NCBI RefSeq assembly: GCF_006345805.1 | Contig: NC_042997.1 | Location: 141,546,001-141,610,000 of the forward strand | Direction: 5' to 3' | Source: Octopus sinensis | Taxonomy: Eukaryota | Length of the DNA: 64,000 nt | Part shown: positions 28,516 to 41,130 of the stretch, in pieces | Layout: each line of letters opens with the position of its first letter | Numbering within the stretch: position 1 is the first letter of the stretch | The notes under the pieces: generated by a model | Told to the model about the DNA's origin: nothing | What the model saw: the letters and a program-made list of their open reading frames with translations, nothing else | Database searches by the model: none | Translations under genes and position numbers: made by a program

Positions 28516-29599
28516 ATTATTATTCATTTAAAATTAAACATTTTGTGATTCCTTGCGAGATTTCCCTCTAAACAGAGACTCTTCTATCTATATTTGTCAG
28601 TTGTGTGTAGTGTTCAGCTTTTAATCACTTCTATTTTTAATACCTTTCTTTCTACAATGCTTTCTGTTCGTCAATATGGAGCTGTCTACATTAAGACTTT
28701 TCTGTTGTCTACATATAAGGTATACATACTTAATATTAGTTTCCCATTTTTACACAAGGCCAGCAATTTTGTAGGAGTAGATAAGATGATTACTAGCCCC
28801 TCCTACGAAATTGCTGGTCTTGTTCCAAAATTTGAAACCAATATTTATCGACTTTTCATGTTGCAGCAACTTTTCATGTTGTTCATTATTTTTTTTATAT
28901 AATGTTAATTATTTTTATTCCTCTAATTAATGCTAATTCTCTATCTTCATTTATCCCCAAATTTTATTTCTTTCAGTAGCAAGGGAATTTTAATTGGAAA
29001 TTAATTCTACTTATTTATTATGAGTGTATTCGGCACTCTGTTCGGATATCTACGGACATTATTGTGTTTAATCTTCATTTCATTAATAATGATGACAAGG
29101 AATTTCTTTTAATGTATTTATTAGTTTGCACTGATATCTCATAGAATTGCATAGATTCATCATTTTTAGTGTATGTTTAAATCATCTATTTCCTGTTCTA
29201 AAACTGAAGAATTAATGCATTCTTCAATTTATTTAATTACTTATTCAATCATGCGTCTTACTGCAGCCTTTGTCAGGATTTGACTACTTAAGATCAATCC
29301 TTTATTATCATTTGATGTTCACTGTAGGTTCTGAAATTACACTTAAACACTTTGTTTAGCATTTTGTTAATATTGCAGACTATACTCCCAGAGAATCATT
29401 TCACCTAATTTATTTCGTGTTAATCAAAAAGAGTTTATGTCAATAAGTTTAATTGCTGGGGAGAGTGAAATAAATCTGACATCAGATGTGATATTCATCT
29501 TCCATTTGCCATTGTCCTTGTTAGGGTCCTTATATATTATTGACGATTACTGAGTGTCGGAAATATATAATATATATTTGTGTTCAGTGAGACTGAAAA

Positions 29600-29900
29600 T
29601 ACATCTCCTAGCATCAAAATTACCTCTAGACCTCTACAGTTGAAAGTTAGCTTTTGCTTCTGTATAATCAAAGCCAAGGCATAGATCATTAAGACACAAA
29701 GGCTAACTCACATATGATATTTCCTTTGTGGTCGGATATTCGAGTATTTACTTCCAGTTTTGTTGACCCAGTATGTGTCACCACATTAACTCACCAACTG
29801 CTAGACTGCGCTTGTCTTGAAACATTTTTCGACTACTACATCTGGCCTATTGCACGCTGCTCTGATCGTACAGTGTCTAGGATGACAGTTTTGTTGTTGA
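29600..29900 (-). pseudogene. Decayed Penelope-type GIY-YIG endonuclease fragment
   Basis: Manual translation KTSAV*QLVS*CGDTY/GSTKLEVNTRISDHKGNI (one frameshift) matches the PLE GVY..C.CG..YIGQT.R.L.TRI.EH pattern. Confidence 0.55.
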
Positions 29901-30589
29901 CCATTGGTAATTATTTATAAATCTGCTTCGTTTGATTATTTGGGTAGACATTTCAAATATTTTTGGCAGTTCGTTTATTGATTTTTAGTGCCATAGAAGG
30001 GATGATGTTGGTAGTGGTGATATTTTAGAATTGTGTATGGTATATATAGAGAGAAGGCTATGTAATGTATCTTTTCCTTTCAATATAGAATACATGCTTC
30101 TTATCTTTTTACTACAACAGCGCAAGATATTCTGAGGTTTCCTTTTTTAGAAGAAATGCAAATTTAGCAGAAATGTGCAAGTTGTAGTGAAACAAAGCAT
30201 GTGTACAAATCAAAAAGTATAGTTGTTATGAGAATAATTTTACATGTGACATGCTGCAGTAGGGTTTATATGGAAGGGCTAAGGTACCGAGAGAAAAATA
30301 TTACCTTGAAATAAAATTGCATTAATAGAATAGTATTACTAGGATGTCCAACAATGAATATTGTCCTATCAAGAAAGTAACGGCCATATCACGGTCCTTG
30401 TTCAACTAATTCTTTCCCCACAACCCAATGAATTTGATAGCAATAAGAATACTTACAACATTGAAGTGAATTTTATGAAAGCTTCTGAAACAATGCAGGG
30501 TAAAGCTTATTAATAAGAAGCGAGGAGCTTTTATTCTACAACATTCTTTAAATATTTTACCTATCAATCCATCTTCTCTAGTAGGATCG

Positions 30590-31270
30590 TAGAGGTAGTA
30601 TTCTCCTCATCCATAGGGTCCTGTCAGAAGAAACCATCATTGCATATTCCGGTTGAATTTTCGAACGTGACCAACTGAGATTACGGATATTATCCTAACC
30701 ATCTCCCTCTTGGTTCTCTCCTTGGTCTCCTGCCCGTTGGCTTGCCTTGAGGAAGCTGTCCTGTCATTTTTTCCTGCGACATTCTAATCACATCTCCGTA
30801 GTGGCGGAGCTGTGACTTCTCAATGCGGAGAAATTGCGGCTCATCGTGGAGTGACTCACTGATATTATGCAGCCAGTCGAATATTATTACTACAAAGATC
30901 ATTCGATCATACAATCATGCGATCGTACTCTTTCGGATATTATCTAACATTCATGACCACAGGTGAGGATAGGCACGAAACCCGAATTTAAGATAGTAGC
31001 TTTGGCATTTTTTACCAACCTCTTCTCTTCCAAAGAGCTTCAAAATATGGACTTGTAGCGAAAATAAAAGTGACATATTCAGATCAGTGTGGCCATTCTG
31101 CCGAAGAATTTGTGGTGACCGGTATACTGACATCGCATACATAGTATGGTAGCGGCAACATTTAACGAAACAGAGTTATTTGCGGAGAGCTTAATGAAGT
31201 ATATTGCATCATATATACATATTTCCCACTTCACTACAAGCCGTTGATAATTAAGAGGTTTGAACATCAT
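30590..31270 (-). mobile_element. Decayed RTE-type LINE 3' fragment
   Basis: ORF 30690-30914 reads LRIEKSQLRHYGDVIRM...GRRPRREPRGRW, an RTE C-terminal motif. Confidence 0.7.
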
Positions 31271-31528
31271 CGTTCAGTAACATCATTATCTCTGATTTAT
31301 GATGTTATTGTAATTATTTAATTATATGCGTGCAACTAACGTGCAGAAACATACACAAAAACATATCCATACGCACACACACACATTAATCAATGCACAA
31401 CCATACGCGTATTTGCGTATATAGAGATGCATATGTTAATAAGCCGTTATATACTGTCACATACATTACACGCGCACATGCAGATACATACATACATACA
31501 TACATACATACATACATACATACATACA

Positions 31529-31562
<34 letters not shown>

Positions 31563-31567
31563 CATAC

Positions 31568-31595
<28 letters not shown>

Positions 31596-31598
<3 letters not shown>

Positions 31599-31782
31599 CT
31601 AAGCAATAAAGGGTTTAGCAACGAATTGCCTTACCACATACCGAATTTAGAATAGCAGTCAAAGGGTTATAGCTATTTCTTCTACTTTTTAGTAGAAGAA
31701 ATAGCTATAACCCTTTGACTGCTATTTCTAAATTCGGTATGTGGTAAGGCAATTCGTTGCTAAACCCTTTATTGCTTAGTAT
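31596..31782. repeat. Near-perfect hairpin, 91/92-bp arms with TTTT loop
   Basis: 31596-31686 is the reverse complement of 31691-31782 except for one indel. Confidence 0.95.
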
Positions 31783-31884
31783 TACTTAAATTTTCCTCGA
31801 ATGAGGCTTTTACATGCCGAAGACTACTTGGTGTAATTGATAATTATTCCAAATTAATTAATTTCACCCTTCATTATTACGGAT

Positions 31885-31933
<49 letters not shown>

Positions 31934-31943
31934 GAACACACAT

Positions 31944-31995
<52 letters not shown>

Positions 31996-32030
31996 GAACA
32001 CACATACACACATACATGAATGCATACATG

Positions 32031-32062
<32 letters not shown>

Positions 32063-33078
32063 CATACATACATACATACATATATACATACATATACAAA
32101 CACACACACATACACGCAGAAGGAAGTCAAGAGAGACCATTGAATACATGCATATAAATAGATAAAAGATGAAAGTAGAATCAATCATATATATATATGT
32201 AAAGTTCTGCGTATATATGAGCGAACACGTGTGTGTGTGTGTGTAAGGGTGCATGGCCCAGTGGGTAGGGTGTTGCACTTACAATCTAGCGATCATGATT
32301 TCGATTCCTAGACTGGGTGGTGCGTTGTGTTCTTGAGCAAAACCTTTCATCTTATGTTGCTCTGCAATCACTTCAACACCTCACGCGTGGCACACAGCGC
32401 ACCTTTTCAGACCAACGTAGATTTGATGAAAGTGAGTGAGCTAATGTGTGGCACGAACATTTGATCGATATAAACAAATCTTTTGTGCAGCTCTTTCGGC
32501 AAAAGCTTCGCAGAGTGCATTGCATAACCAGCTGAAGGTGTCTTCCTGGAGTTGAAATAGCAGTATCGTCGGTAACTAGGGAACACCCGGGTTTAGGCGG
32601 TGTTAAACATTACTTCTCAGTATGAATAATACACTGTTTTCATTTTGCTGAAGTGAAGACAGCATGTTCTTTGTCTATCTCCTTATCTCCTCAGAGATTT
32701 TAGGTGTCTCTATGCAGTTGAGGACTGCTCTACATTTAAATTGATGTAATGATTGCATTGTTCAATTAAATGGAGTTGCTTGAAACGATCGTACTGCATT
32801 ACCTCTGGATATCTTTGTTGCTTATTTTGATTTAACATTATATCATATATATATATGTATGTGTGTATGCTTGTGTGTGTGTGTGTGTGTGTCTCACCAC
32901 CACTTGACAACCAGTGTTTACATCCACGTAACTTACGGCAAAAGTGACTGATAGAATAAGTAGCAAGCTTCAAAAAACATGAATACTGGGGTTGATTCAT
33001 TTGACTAAAAAAAATCTTCAAAGCAATGCTCCAGCATGGCCACAGTCAAATGCCCGAAACAAGTAAAAGATAAACGAT

Positions 33079-33124
<46 letters not shown>

Positions 33125-33550
33125 GACGTATTTCGTTCAGTTTCTGTCTACCAAATCCATTTATAGGGCTTTGTTCAGCCCTGGCTATAGTAGAAGACGC
33201 CTAAGGTCCCATGCAATGGGTCTGAACGGGAAATCAAGTGGTTGGGAAGCAAGCTTCTTACCACCCAGCCACGCTTATAAATACAATTTTTATCATTTTA
33301 CTACCAAGTATGACATCACCCCTTCCTTCCTTATTCATCTATCACTCCTGCCTTTCTCGTTCATAAATAAACACAAGAGTATTATTATAGTAGATTATCT
33401 CAGTAACCATGGGAGCTATGAAAAAATATGACATCACCCCTTCCTTTCTCATTCATAAACACGAGTGCATTATTATAGTAGATTGTCTTGGTAATCGTGA
33501 GAGCTATGAAAAAATACAAAGCCCAGCATCACCACCGGATCATTCTACAC

Positions 33551-33970
33551 GGATCTTTTCGGTTTGAACGGCAGTTTTTTCTAGCAGTGTCATATGAAAT
33601 TGTCACCCATAATTATGACCCTAGTATCGATCTATTGCATTTCAATCTGTTTAAGTGTTAGGGTTAGGGTTAGGGGTGGGGGGAGGGTATCTTTTTTCTT
33701 CAGAAATGTAAATAAACCCAATCTGTTTCCTAAACGAGGGACATATTCATACGGCACAGAATGTTTTTTTTTACCTCAATAGACGTCACTGATTGGTTGA
33801 AATTGCAGAAATTGAAGAAAAAAACAACAAATATCTTACAAACTATAGAATGTTCTTAATAAAGCCAAGAGAAAAAGATGTTTTATAGACAGATTCTATC
33901 AGTATACGAAGTTTAAAATTTTTAGTTACCTAGAAATTGTTAAAAACTGCCGTTCAAACCGAAAAGATCC
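33551..33970. mobile_element. 420-bp MITE with 29-bp TIRs and 8-bp TSD (Merlin-like or hAT)
   Basis: TIR GGATCTTTTCGGTTTGAACGGCAGTTTTT at 33551-33579 and 33942-33970. TSD TTCTACAC at 33543-33550 and 33971-33978. Confidence 0.9.
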
Positions 33971-35634
33971 TTCTACACATCTGTGTAATTTTTCACGCAA
34001 TTCCACCCAGCCGTTTGACCGTAAATCCCAAGACAGAAAGAATCACCCATGTCAAATTTATATGTATAGATGTATATATAAACACGCATGTGTGTTTGTA
34101 TAGAAACATTGATGTGTGTATGTATGTGCGTGTGTGCAAAAAGGACACAGTGAAAGAAGGGAAATAGAAGCAAATAAAGTGGCTTAACTATATGAAACAC
34201 TTGATGCAACTTAATAAACACCAGAAAATGTATACATTTTTCTAATTAACCTCGCAATTATTTAGACTAGCTTACTCATGAAGAAGCTGTTGATTAATGT
34301 TTTATTTTTGACAACAACTGAATTATAATCAAGATACTAATTAATAATTTATATATTCCTTCGAGTTATCACTCTTAGTTATATAAAGAAATTATTTCTT
34401 AATCTTATCATCCATATTAACTGGTAATTATTCTTCATTAGGATAAATATAATTAGCCCCCTCACAGAGAAATCCTCAAACACATACACACAACCGCAGT
34501 TATCTATACAAAATATAATTCCACTTATAATATTCATAAATTTGCATTTATGTATATATGCATGTGTACGTACGTGTTTGTATGTCTATGTGTTCGTGTC
34601 TGTGTGCTTGTATGTTGATGTTAACAATCGGAGACAAGTTTTCAATGCTATGGTAGAGTATAGCAATGATCTCAAATTTTGGCACAAGGCCAGCAATTTT
34701 TGAAGAAGGGTTAAGTCGATTACATTAATCCCAATGATCAACTGGGACTTTTTTTATTGATCCCGAAAGGATGAAAGGCAAAGTCGGCCTTGGAGGAATA
34801 TGAACTCCGAATGTAAAGACGGACGAAATGCCGCTGAACATTTTACCCAATGTGCTCACGATTCTGCCAGTTTGCCACCTCAGGAAAGTATAACGATTTG
34901 TTAAACGTCCTACTGTAGATAGAGAGAAGTGTATGCTTCCCTCCAGCTATGTACATCACAATAGAAGTAAGAGAAAGCTATAAATTGGCGAGAAAAAAAG
35001 ACAAGGAATAACGTCCCGTAGAGTTCTGGTGGTATGATATGTTTTTAGCAGATGACCATCCAATAACACATTCCCATTCATCAGCCGCACATTGTTCGAC
35101 TAATGCACTTGTTCCAGTTCCTTAACGCTAACGTTTTCATGAACTTCAGCAGATGAGAAACACTCGAATATTAAAGGAGTAGAAAGTGCTAAGCTGAATA
35201 ATAGCGAAAAGACATAATCACCCACTTGTTGAAAAAGTGTTTCATGCCATTAAGTTTATGAAAGCGTTTTATTCGAAAGACGGAGAAACTACAAAGATGC
35301 ATGGAATAAAAACCTTATTCCTTCAACAAAGTTACATCCAGTTTATCCGTAGATAGAAGTCCCTTCACGAGGCAAAGACATGAATAACTTTTAAACTGAT
35401 TTTGTCATCATAAAAAAAGTAAAACTTAATAAGCATGCAGTCACTCTTCATTTGTTTCTGCAAAGAATACGAATTTAAGTTGCCAAAAACACTGTTTTGA
35501 TCGTATTCCACCCGATGAAACGCCCACACACGGTTGTTGCTGAGAAATATTCAACTACATAGTAATTATAAAGAACACTCTTGTATAATGATATTTGAAT
35601 ATAAACTCAGCAAAATGTATGAGTGTGTGTGTGT

Positions 35635-35945
35635 GTGGAGGAGCAATGGCCTAGTGGTTAGGGCAGCGGACTCGCGATCGGAGGCTCGCGGTTTCGATTC
35701 CCAGACCGGGGGTTGTGTGTGTTTATTGAGCGAAAACACCTAAAAGATCCACGGGGCTCCGGCAGGGGGTGGTGGCGCCCCCTGTTGTACTCTTTCGCCA
35801 CAACTTTCTCTCATTCTCTCTTCTTGTTTCTTGAGTAATGCTGCGATGGACTAGCATCCCGTCCAGCTGGGGGGGAACACATACGCCACAGAATACCGGA
35901 AAACCGGGCCCATGAGCCTGGCTAGGTTTGAAAAGGGCGACGTTT
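35635..35945 (+). mobile_element. SINE family A
   Basis: High similarity to 268-569. Confidence 0.85.
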
Positions 35946-35948
35946 ATC

Positions 35949-36012
<64 letters not shown>

Positions 36013-36482
36013 TGTGGGACTCCGTCGGTTGCGACGACGAGGGTTCCAGTTGATCCGATCAACGGACCAGCCTCCTCGTGAAATTAACGCGCAAGTGGCT
36101 GAGCACTCCACAGACACGTGTACCCTTAATGTTGTTCTCAGGGAGATTCAGCGTGACACAGAGTGTGACAAGGCTGGCCCTTTGAAATACGGTGACAACA
36201 GAAGCAGGAAGAAAAAGTGAGAGAAAGCTGTGGTGAAAGAGTACAGTAGGATTCACCACGACCCCCTGTCGGAGCTTCGTGGAGCTTTAGATGTTTTCGT
36301 TCAATGAACACTCACAACGCCCGGTCTGGGAATCGAAACAGCAATCCTACAACCGCGAGTTCACTGCCCTAACCGAGATGTAGTGGCCAAAAATGGCACA
36401 AGAACTCTTAAATGCACATTACGTGACTTTCACCCGAATTATACCATATATATATATATATATATATACACATACTATAAAC

Positions 36483-36578
<96 letters not shown>

Positions 36579-37542
36579 CAGACAGATACGCAGGTGTAGG
36601 TGTGAAATAAGAAGTATGCTTCTGAGTTCAATCCCACAGTGTGGCACCTTGGGCAAATGTCTTCTACTACTACCTCGGACCGACCAAAACTTTGTGAGTA
36701 GATTTGTCATGTGAAAACAGAAAGAAGCCCGTCATATGTATGTGTGTGTTTGTCCCCAAACCGGTGTTAATGTGTTTACACCCTCATGACTTATCTATTC
36801 GGCAAAAGAAATTGATAGAATAAGTACCAAACTTTAAAAGAATAAGTACCGGGGGCGATTCGTTTGACTAAATCTCTCCGGTGTGGTGCCCTGGCATGGC
36901 CGCAGTCTAATGTCTAAAACAAGTAAAGGATGAAAATATAGATATAGGTGGGGGGTGCATGCCCATGTGTGTGTATGGGTGGAGGTGTGTGTTTGTGCAC
37001 ACGTGTGTATGTATATACGAATTCATAGATATGAGTATAAAAAGAGATAGAGAGAGAAAAAGACAAAAAATACGGAAGAAAAAGAAAAACAGATAACAGG
37101 CAGTGAAGGTTGTCGAGTTAATGCTAGAAAATAAATAATTTTTTTCTAATTAACCTTGCAATTAGCTATCCTTACTTAGGCATAACAAAATTATTGATTA
37201 GTGTTTCCTTCTTGACAGTTGATCGAATTCTAATCAATATATTAATTAATAATTAATATATTCTTTCAGTTAACACAATTATTCGTCTAAAGAAATTATT
37301 TCATAATCTTGTCATAGCAATGAATAGGTAATTAATTATCGTTGAGATAAATAGATTGACCCACACACATTGAAATCCTCGAGCATGTACACACGATTGC
37401 AAATATCTACGCTTGAATATATACAGACTAATTACTATCGCTACTTATTCCTGAACTTGTAATTGTATGTATATAAATATAGGAAGAGATACAGACAGAC
37501 ACACAAGTGATCTCTCCTTTTCTTTCTCTCTTTCTCTCTCGC

Positions 37543-37607
<65 letters not shown>

Positions 37608-37730
37608 ATAGATAGATATACACTATGTACACATGCACATATACATACACATATTTATGTATGTCTCCATCTATCAATATGTATGTGTGCGTATATATAT
37701 AATATACTGTATATATATATATATATTAAT

Positions 37731-37883
37731 AGTTATCGCCAAGCTGACATGGCAGTGCAGAAAAATAGGATGAATGTTGCCGTTGATTAGCTCCAAGAGG
37801 CCATCGCTTCTAGCTAGCTATGTGACACACGAACCTGTGTCCATTATAACCTTCGAACGGGGGAGGTCAGCCGCTTCCCCTTG

Positions 37884-37886
<3 letters not shown>
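37731..37886 (-). mobile_element. Diverged fragment of the 363-nt HHR repeat family (stops before the ribozyme)
   Basis: CCATTATAACCTTCGAAC..GGGAGGTCAGCCGCTTC is shared with 42545-42581, and weaker homology extends to 37731. Confidence 0.7.
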
Positions 37887-37922
<36 letters not shown>

Positions 37923-37926
<4 letters not shown>

Positions 37927-39132
37927 ACGGAATCACCCGTCGTCGCCCGTCCCGAACGGCTCACACAAGTTCCGCCACGGAACCCAAAGAGGCGGAGAGA
38001 GGAGACACAGATAGATACTGCCACAACCTCAACAGCACAGAGATACAGAGGCACAACCCGAGATACAACCCAAAGAGGCAAGGCAACAACTGGCAACACT
38101 GGCTTATATTCAAACAACAGTTTATACGACAATTACATTTGTTACAACATCAAGATACATCAAAGCATGCACGTGACTACTCAATACATAATACAACAGC
38201 ATTTCAAGAGTACAACTCAAAGCATAATACAACATCATGTAACAATTCAAGAGTACACGTCCCAAGACAACAGTTCTTTAAAGTCTCTTCCTAAACATCA
38301 CAATCAACAAGTCCTTTACTCTTCTTCTTCACAATGTCCTTTATCGACCACATCGACAGAGTCCTTGACTGTTCTTTTTCTCTTTTCAATACACCGTGAC
38401 ACATATCAATGCACAAACACATACCTCAATTCCTAATTGAATATGCCAGTGTCCCATTCCTCTCAATACTGCTAATTCCTCTGAATACTGCTAATTCCCT
38501 TCTGTGCCGCCAAGCTCTCTCTCGCACCCAACTTGCTCCTAAGAATTCCAACGCTTGCTCCTTAAATCCAAGGTCCGTCTGTCTTCCTCGAGGACCGGCC
38601 AGCGACCGCAAGATCCGTCTGTGCTCCTCGACGACCGCTCAACGACCGCCAGATCCGTCTGTGTTCTTCGACGACCAACTACCAACTACCAGACCTCACT
38701 TCGTCTCTGTCCTTCTTCCACTCCCCTCATCTCCCTCTGTCTATATCGCTCTTACCTTTTCTAACTGCCCTGGTCCTTATACCCTATCTATATCGCCTGC
38801 TGTCTCTTAGCCTTTCTATTTGCTATCTGATTCCTTACTCTATCTCTATTCTCAATCTGTCTCTTACTGCCTATCTCTATCGCCTGCTGCCTATTACCCT
38901 CTCTTGACAGCTCTACCATACTCTCTGCCTGTCCTCTCTGCCCCCTCATCCTCTCTCACGACATATTCAAGGGGTGTCCAGAGCGACCCCTAATTCACCC
39001 GCACAAGGTCACAGGTCATTCCAAAACCCATTAGTCCTCCATTAAACAAAAGACTGTCACTTTTCTACTAGACATGCCGGAACCATAATTCCAATGTGGG
39101 TCACCGGGAAATGCACCAGCTAAACCGTAACA
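37923..39132 (-). repeat. 3' LTR (1210 bp)
   Basis: TGTTACGG...CCGTAACA inverted termini. Direct repeat of 41131-42364. Confidence 0.92.
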
Positions 39133-39145
39133 CTACCCCCTACCT
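39133..39145 (-). promoter_or_regulatory. Polypurine tract
   Basis: AGGTAGGGGGTAG directly upstream of the 3' LTR on the minus strand. Confidence 0.8.
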
Positions 39146-39173
39146 AAGCTTTTGTCGACCCGACAAAAACATA

Positions 39174-41069
39174 CTAAACTCGCACCTCCGAGCAGCAGAC
39201 TCTCCAGGGGCTGGGGGTCCCCTTGGGTGGTTTCTCCTCCGGGGGTCTCACCTCCCACGGCCACCACTTCAGCACCAGCCACAGGTTGGCACCTTCCCTC
39301 TGCGGCTTGGGCAATACCACCGCCAACGCCGCCAGGCTTCCTACTAGCCGCCTACAATAGGCGCACCGTCCGAGGAAGTTCCTCAAATCCCTCACACAGG
39401 CAGGTTCCGGCCAATCCTTCACAGTGGCCACCTTCCTCAGGGCTCTATAGCCCACGTAGCACCTTGCTGTACCATCCCCATTCCGCGCAATTATCGCTGA
39501 CAACCAGGGACCATTCTGTCCTTTCACTGTTACCTGTCGCCGATATCTCCTCTTGCGCTGCTGTACTGAGACCTTCCTCCGGCCTCGCTGCCTCCTCAAG
39601 TGACAACCGCCTTGGTCGACGAAACGTTCTGCCAGGTCCGTGCGACCAGCATCCAACAACCCTCGCGACCAACGTCCTGCGCTTTTCACCAACAGTTGCC
39701 TCTTCCGCAACTGCATCAGCGGACCACGAACTCCCTTAACTTCATCTCTGCACCGGCAGAACTGACCCCGCCGCTGGTTTACCGTCCGGCGCAGTTCCAC
39801 GATTTGCCCTCTGCAAATCGCCTGCGCAGCCTTCAATAACTCGGCCGACCCAACCAGCGCTCTGTCAGACTCTGCCTCCACCAGGGTCCAGCCGACCCTC
39901 AACTGAGCTCTTACTCCGCACTGCATGTCGGGCTCCACCGGCCCCACGCAACCATCAAATACAGAGCTCCCCCAAGTGCCAACAAAGCACCAGCGACTCC
40001 TTGCGGACCGCTTCCTCAACTGCATCCGTGGGCCACCACCTCCTTCAACTGCGTTGCCGTATCGGCAGAACTGGCCCCAACACTGGCCCGCCATCTGGCA
40101 CGATTCCTCGATTTGCCTTCTGCAAATCGCCTGTGCCACTTCCAAAAGATCGGCCGACCCACCCAGCGCTCCACCAGCTTCTGTTTCCACTAGGGTCCAC
40201 CCGACCCTCAATCGAGCTTTCACTAGGCACTGCCTGTCGGGCTCCACCGGCCCCAAGCAACCATCAACCACAAAGCTCACCCAACGCTGAAGCAGTCTTC
40301 CTGGACTCGGTGGACCCACCACCGTTCGCAGCCGTCTCGCCTCGTCAACGGGCCTGGTCCTTTTCCTCACCAGCTTCCGTACCGCAGGCCTCACAACACG
40401 CACGCTCGGCCGCCAGTCCATCCACGCCTGTGGCCTCTCCACAGTGGGAACCATACAGTCCTTCTGGGCCCCAAGAGACAGGGGTCCAGACACCAAAGGA
40501 CCCGCACACGGCATAGCACCTGCCGCGACCATCACACACAGAGCCGGAACCTCGGACTCAGCGACATTCGCCTCAGACCTCGCCAGCTCTTCGTCCTGAG
40601 CTCCGAGAGACAGAGGTCGAGATGCCAAGGGCTCCAGACACGGAACAACAGCATCAGCCATAACACCTTCCACAGGCCTTTTGGTTACTTCAACCTCTAC
40701 GGGTTCCAAATCACAAGATTTCTTGGGTACAGCGTCACAAATTTCGGCAACCAGCCCAGGTTCCGCAAACACAGCCGGTCCAGCATCACAGATTTCGGCA
40801 ACACTTCCTTCACTATCTGTTTCCCTCGATGCTTCGTTCGACGGGCAATCTCTGCCCACAGGACCGTTGCTATCCTCGGTCCAACACCGATCCTTCAAAG
40901 CTAACCCATCCGCAACCTCAAGCTCCCGCTGATCTGCCCACAGGCCCTGTCGCCTCCTGTCCATTCTCTCCACGAACGCGTCCGTCTGCGCCATCTGGCC
41001 CCTTAACATCTCCACAATCAGAGCAAGCGAAATCTCCTCGTCTCCGGTCTGACAACCAGACAAATCCAT
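39174..41069 (-). CDS. 631-aa uninterrupted LTR-element ORF with a ~95-aa internal duplication and an RT thumb/connection remnant
   Basis: First ATG at 41069 (the track starts at TTG 41102). Motif KVATVKDWPEPACVRDLRNFLGRCAYCRRLV resembles Gypsy KV.AI.DWP.P.....LRSFLGL..YYRRFV. No YxDD or DDE seen. Confidence 0.7.
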   Translation of the reverse strand: MDLSGCQTGDEEISLALIVEMLRGQMAQTDAFVERMDRRRQGLWADQRELEVADGLALKDRCWTEDSNGPVGRDCPSNEASRETDSEGSVAEICDAGPAVFAEPGLVAEICDAVPKKSCDLEPVEVEVTKRPVEGVMADAVVPCLEPLASRPLSLGAQDEELARSEANVAESEVPALCVMVAAGAMPCAGPLVSGPLSLGAQKDCMVPTVERPQAWMDWRPSVRVVRPAVRKLVRKRTRPVDEARRLRTVVGPPSPGRLLQRWVSFVVDGCLGPVEPDRQCLVKARLRVGWTLVETEAGGALGGSADLLEVAQAICRRQIEESCQMAGQCWGQFCRYGNAVEGGGGPRMQLRKRSARSRWCFVGTWGSSVFDGCVGPVEPDMQCGVRAQLRVGWTLVEAESDRALVGSAELLKAAQAICRGQIVELRRTVNQRRGQFCRCRDEVKGVRGPLMQLRKRQLLVKSAGRWSRGLLDAGRTDLAERFVDQGGCHLRRQRGRRKVSVQQRKRRYRRQVTVKGQNGPWLSAIIARNGDGTARCYVGYRALRKVATVKDWPEPACVRDLRNFLGRCAYCRRLVGSLAALAVVLPKPQREGANLWLVLKWWPWEVRPPEEKPPKGTPSPWRVCCSEVRV

Positions 41070-41109
41070 AGCGAAAAAAAAAAGCCGACCGAAACGCAGC
41101 AATCAGGAC

Positions 41110-41128
41110 AATCCCACTTCTGACACCA
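41110..41128 (-). promoter_or_regulatory. Primer-binding site complementary to the tRNA-Leu(CAA) 3' end
   Basis: Minus strand TGGTGTCAGAAGTGGGATT, 2 nt inside the 5' LTR. The plus strand equals AATCCCACTTCTGACA+CCA, the metazoan tRNA-Leu(CAA) 3' end as I recall it. Confidence 0.8.
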
Positions 41129-41130
41129 GT

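Noticed and set aside
39152-41071. Plus-strand ORFs overlapping the LTR-element ORF
   Set aside because: These are antisense shadows of a GC-rich coding region with no recognisable motifs.
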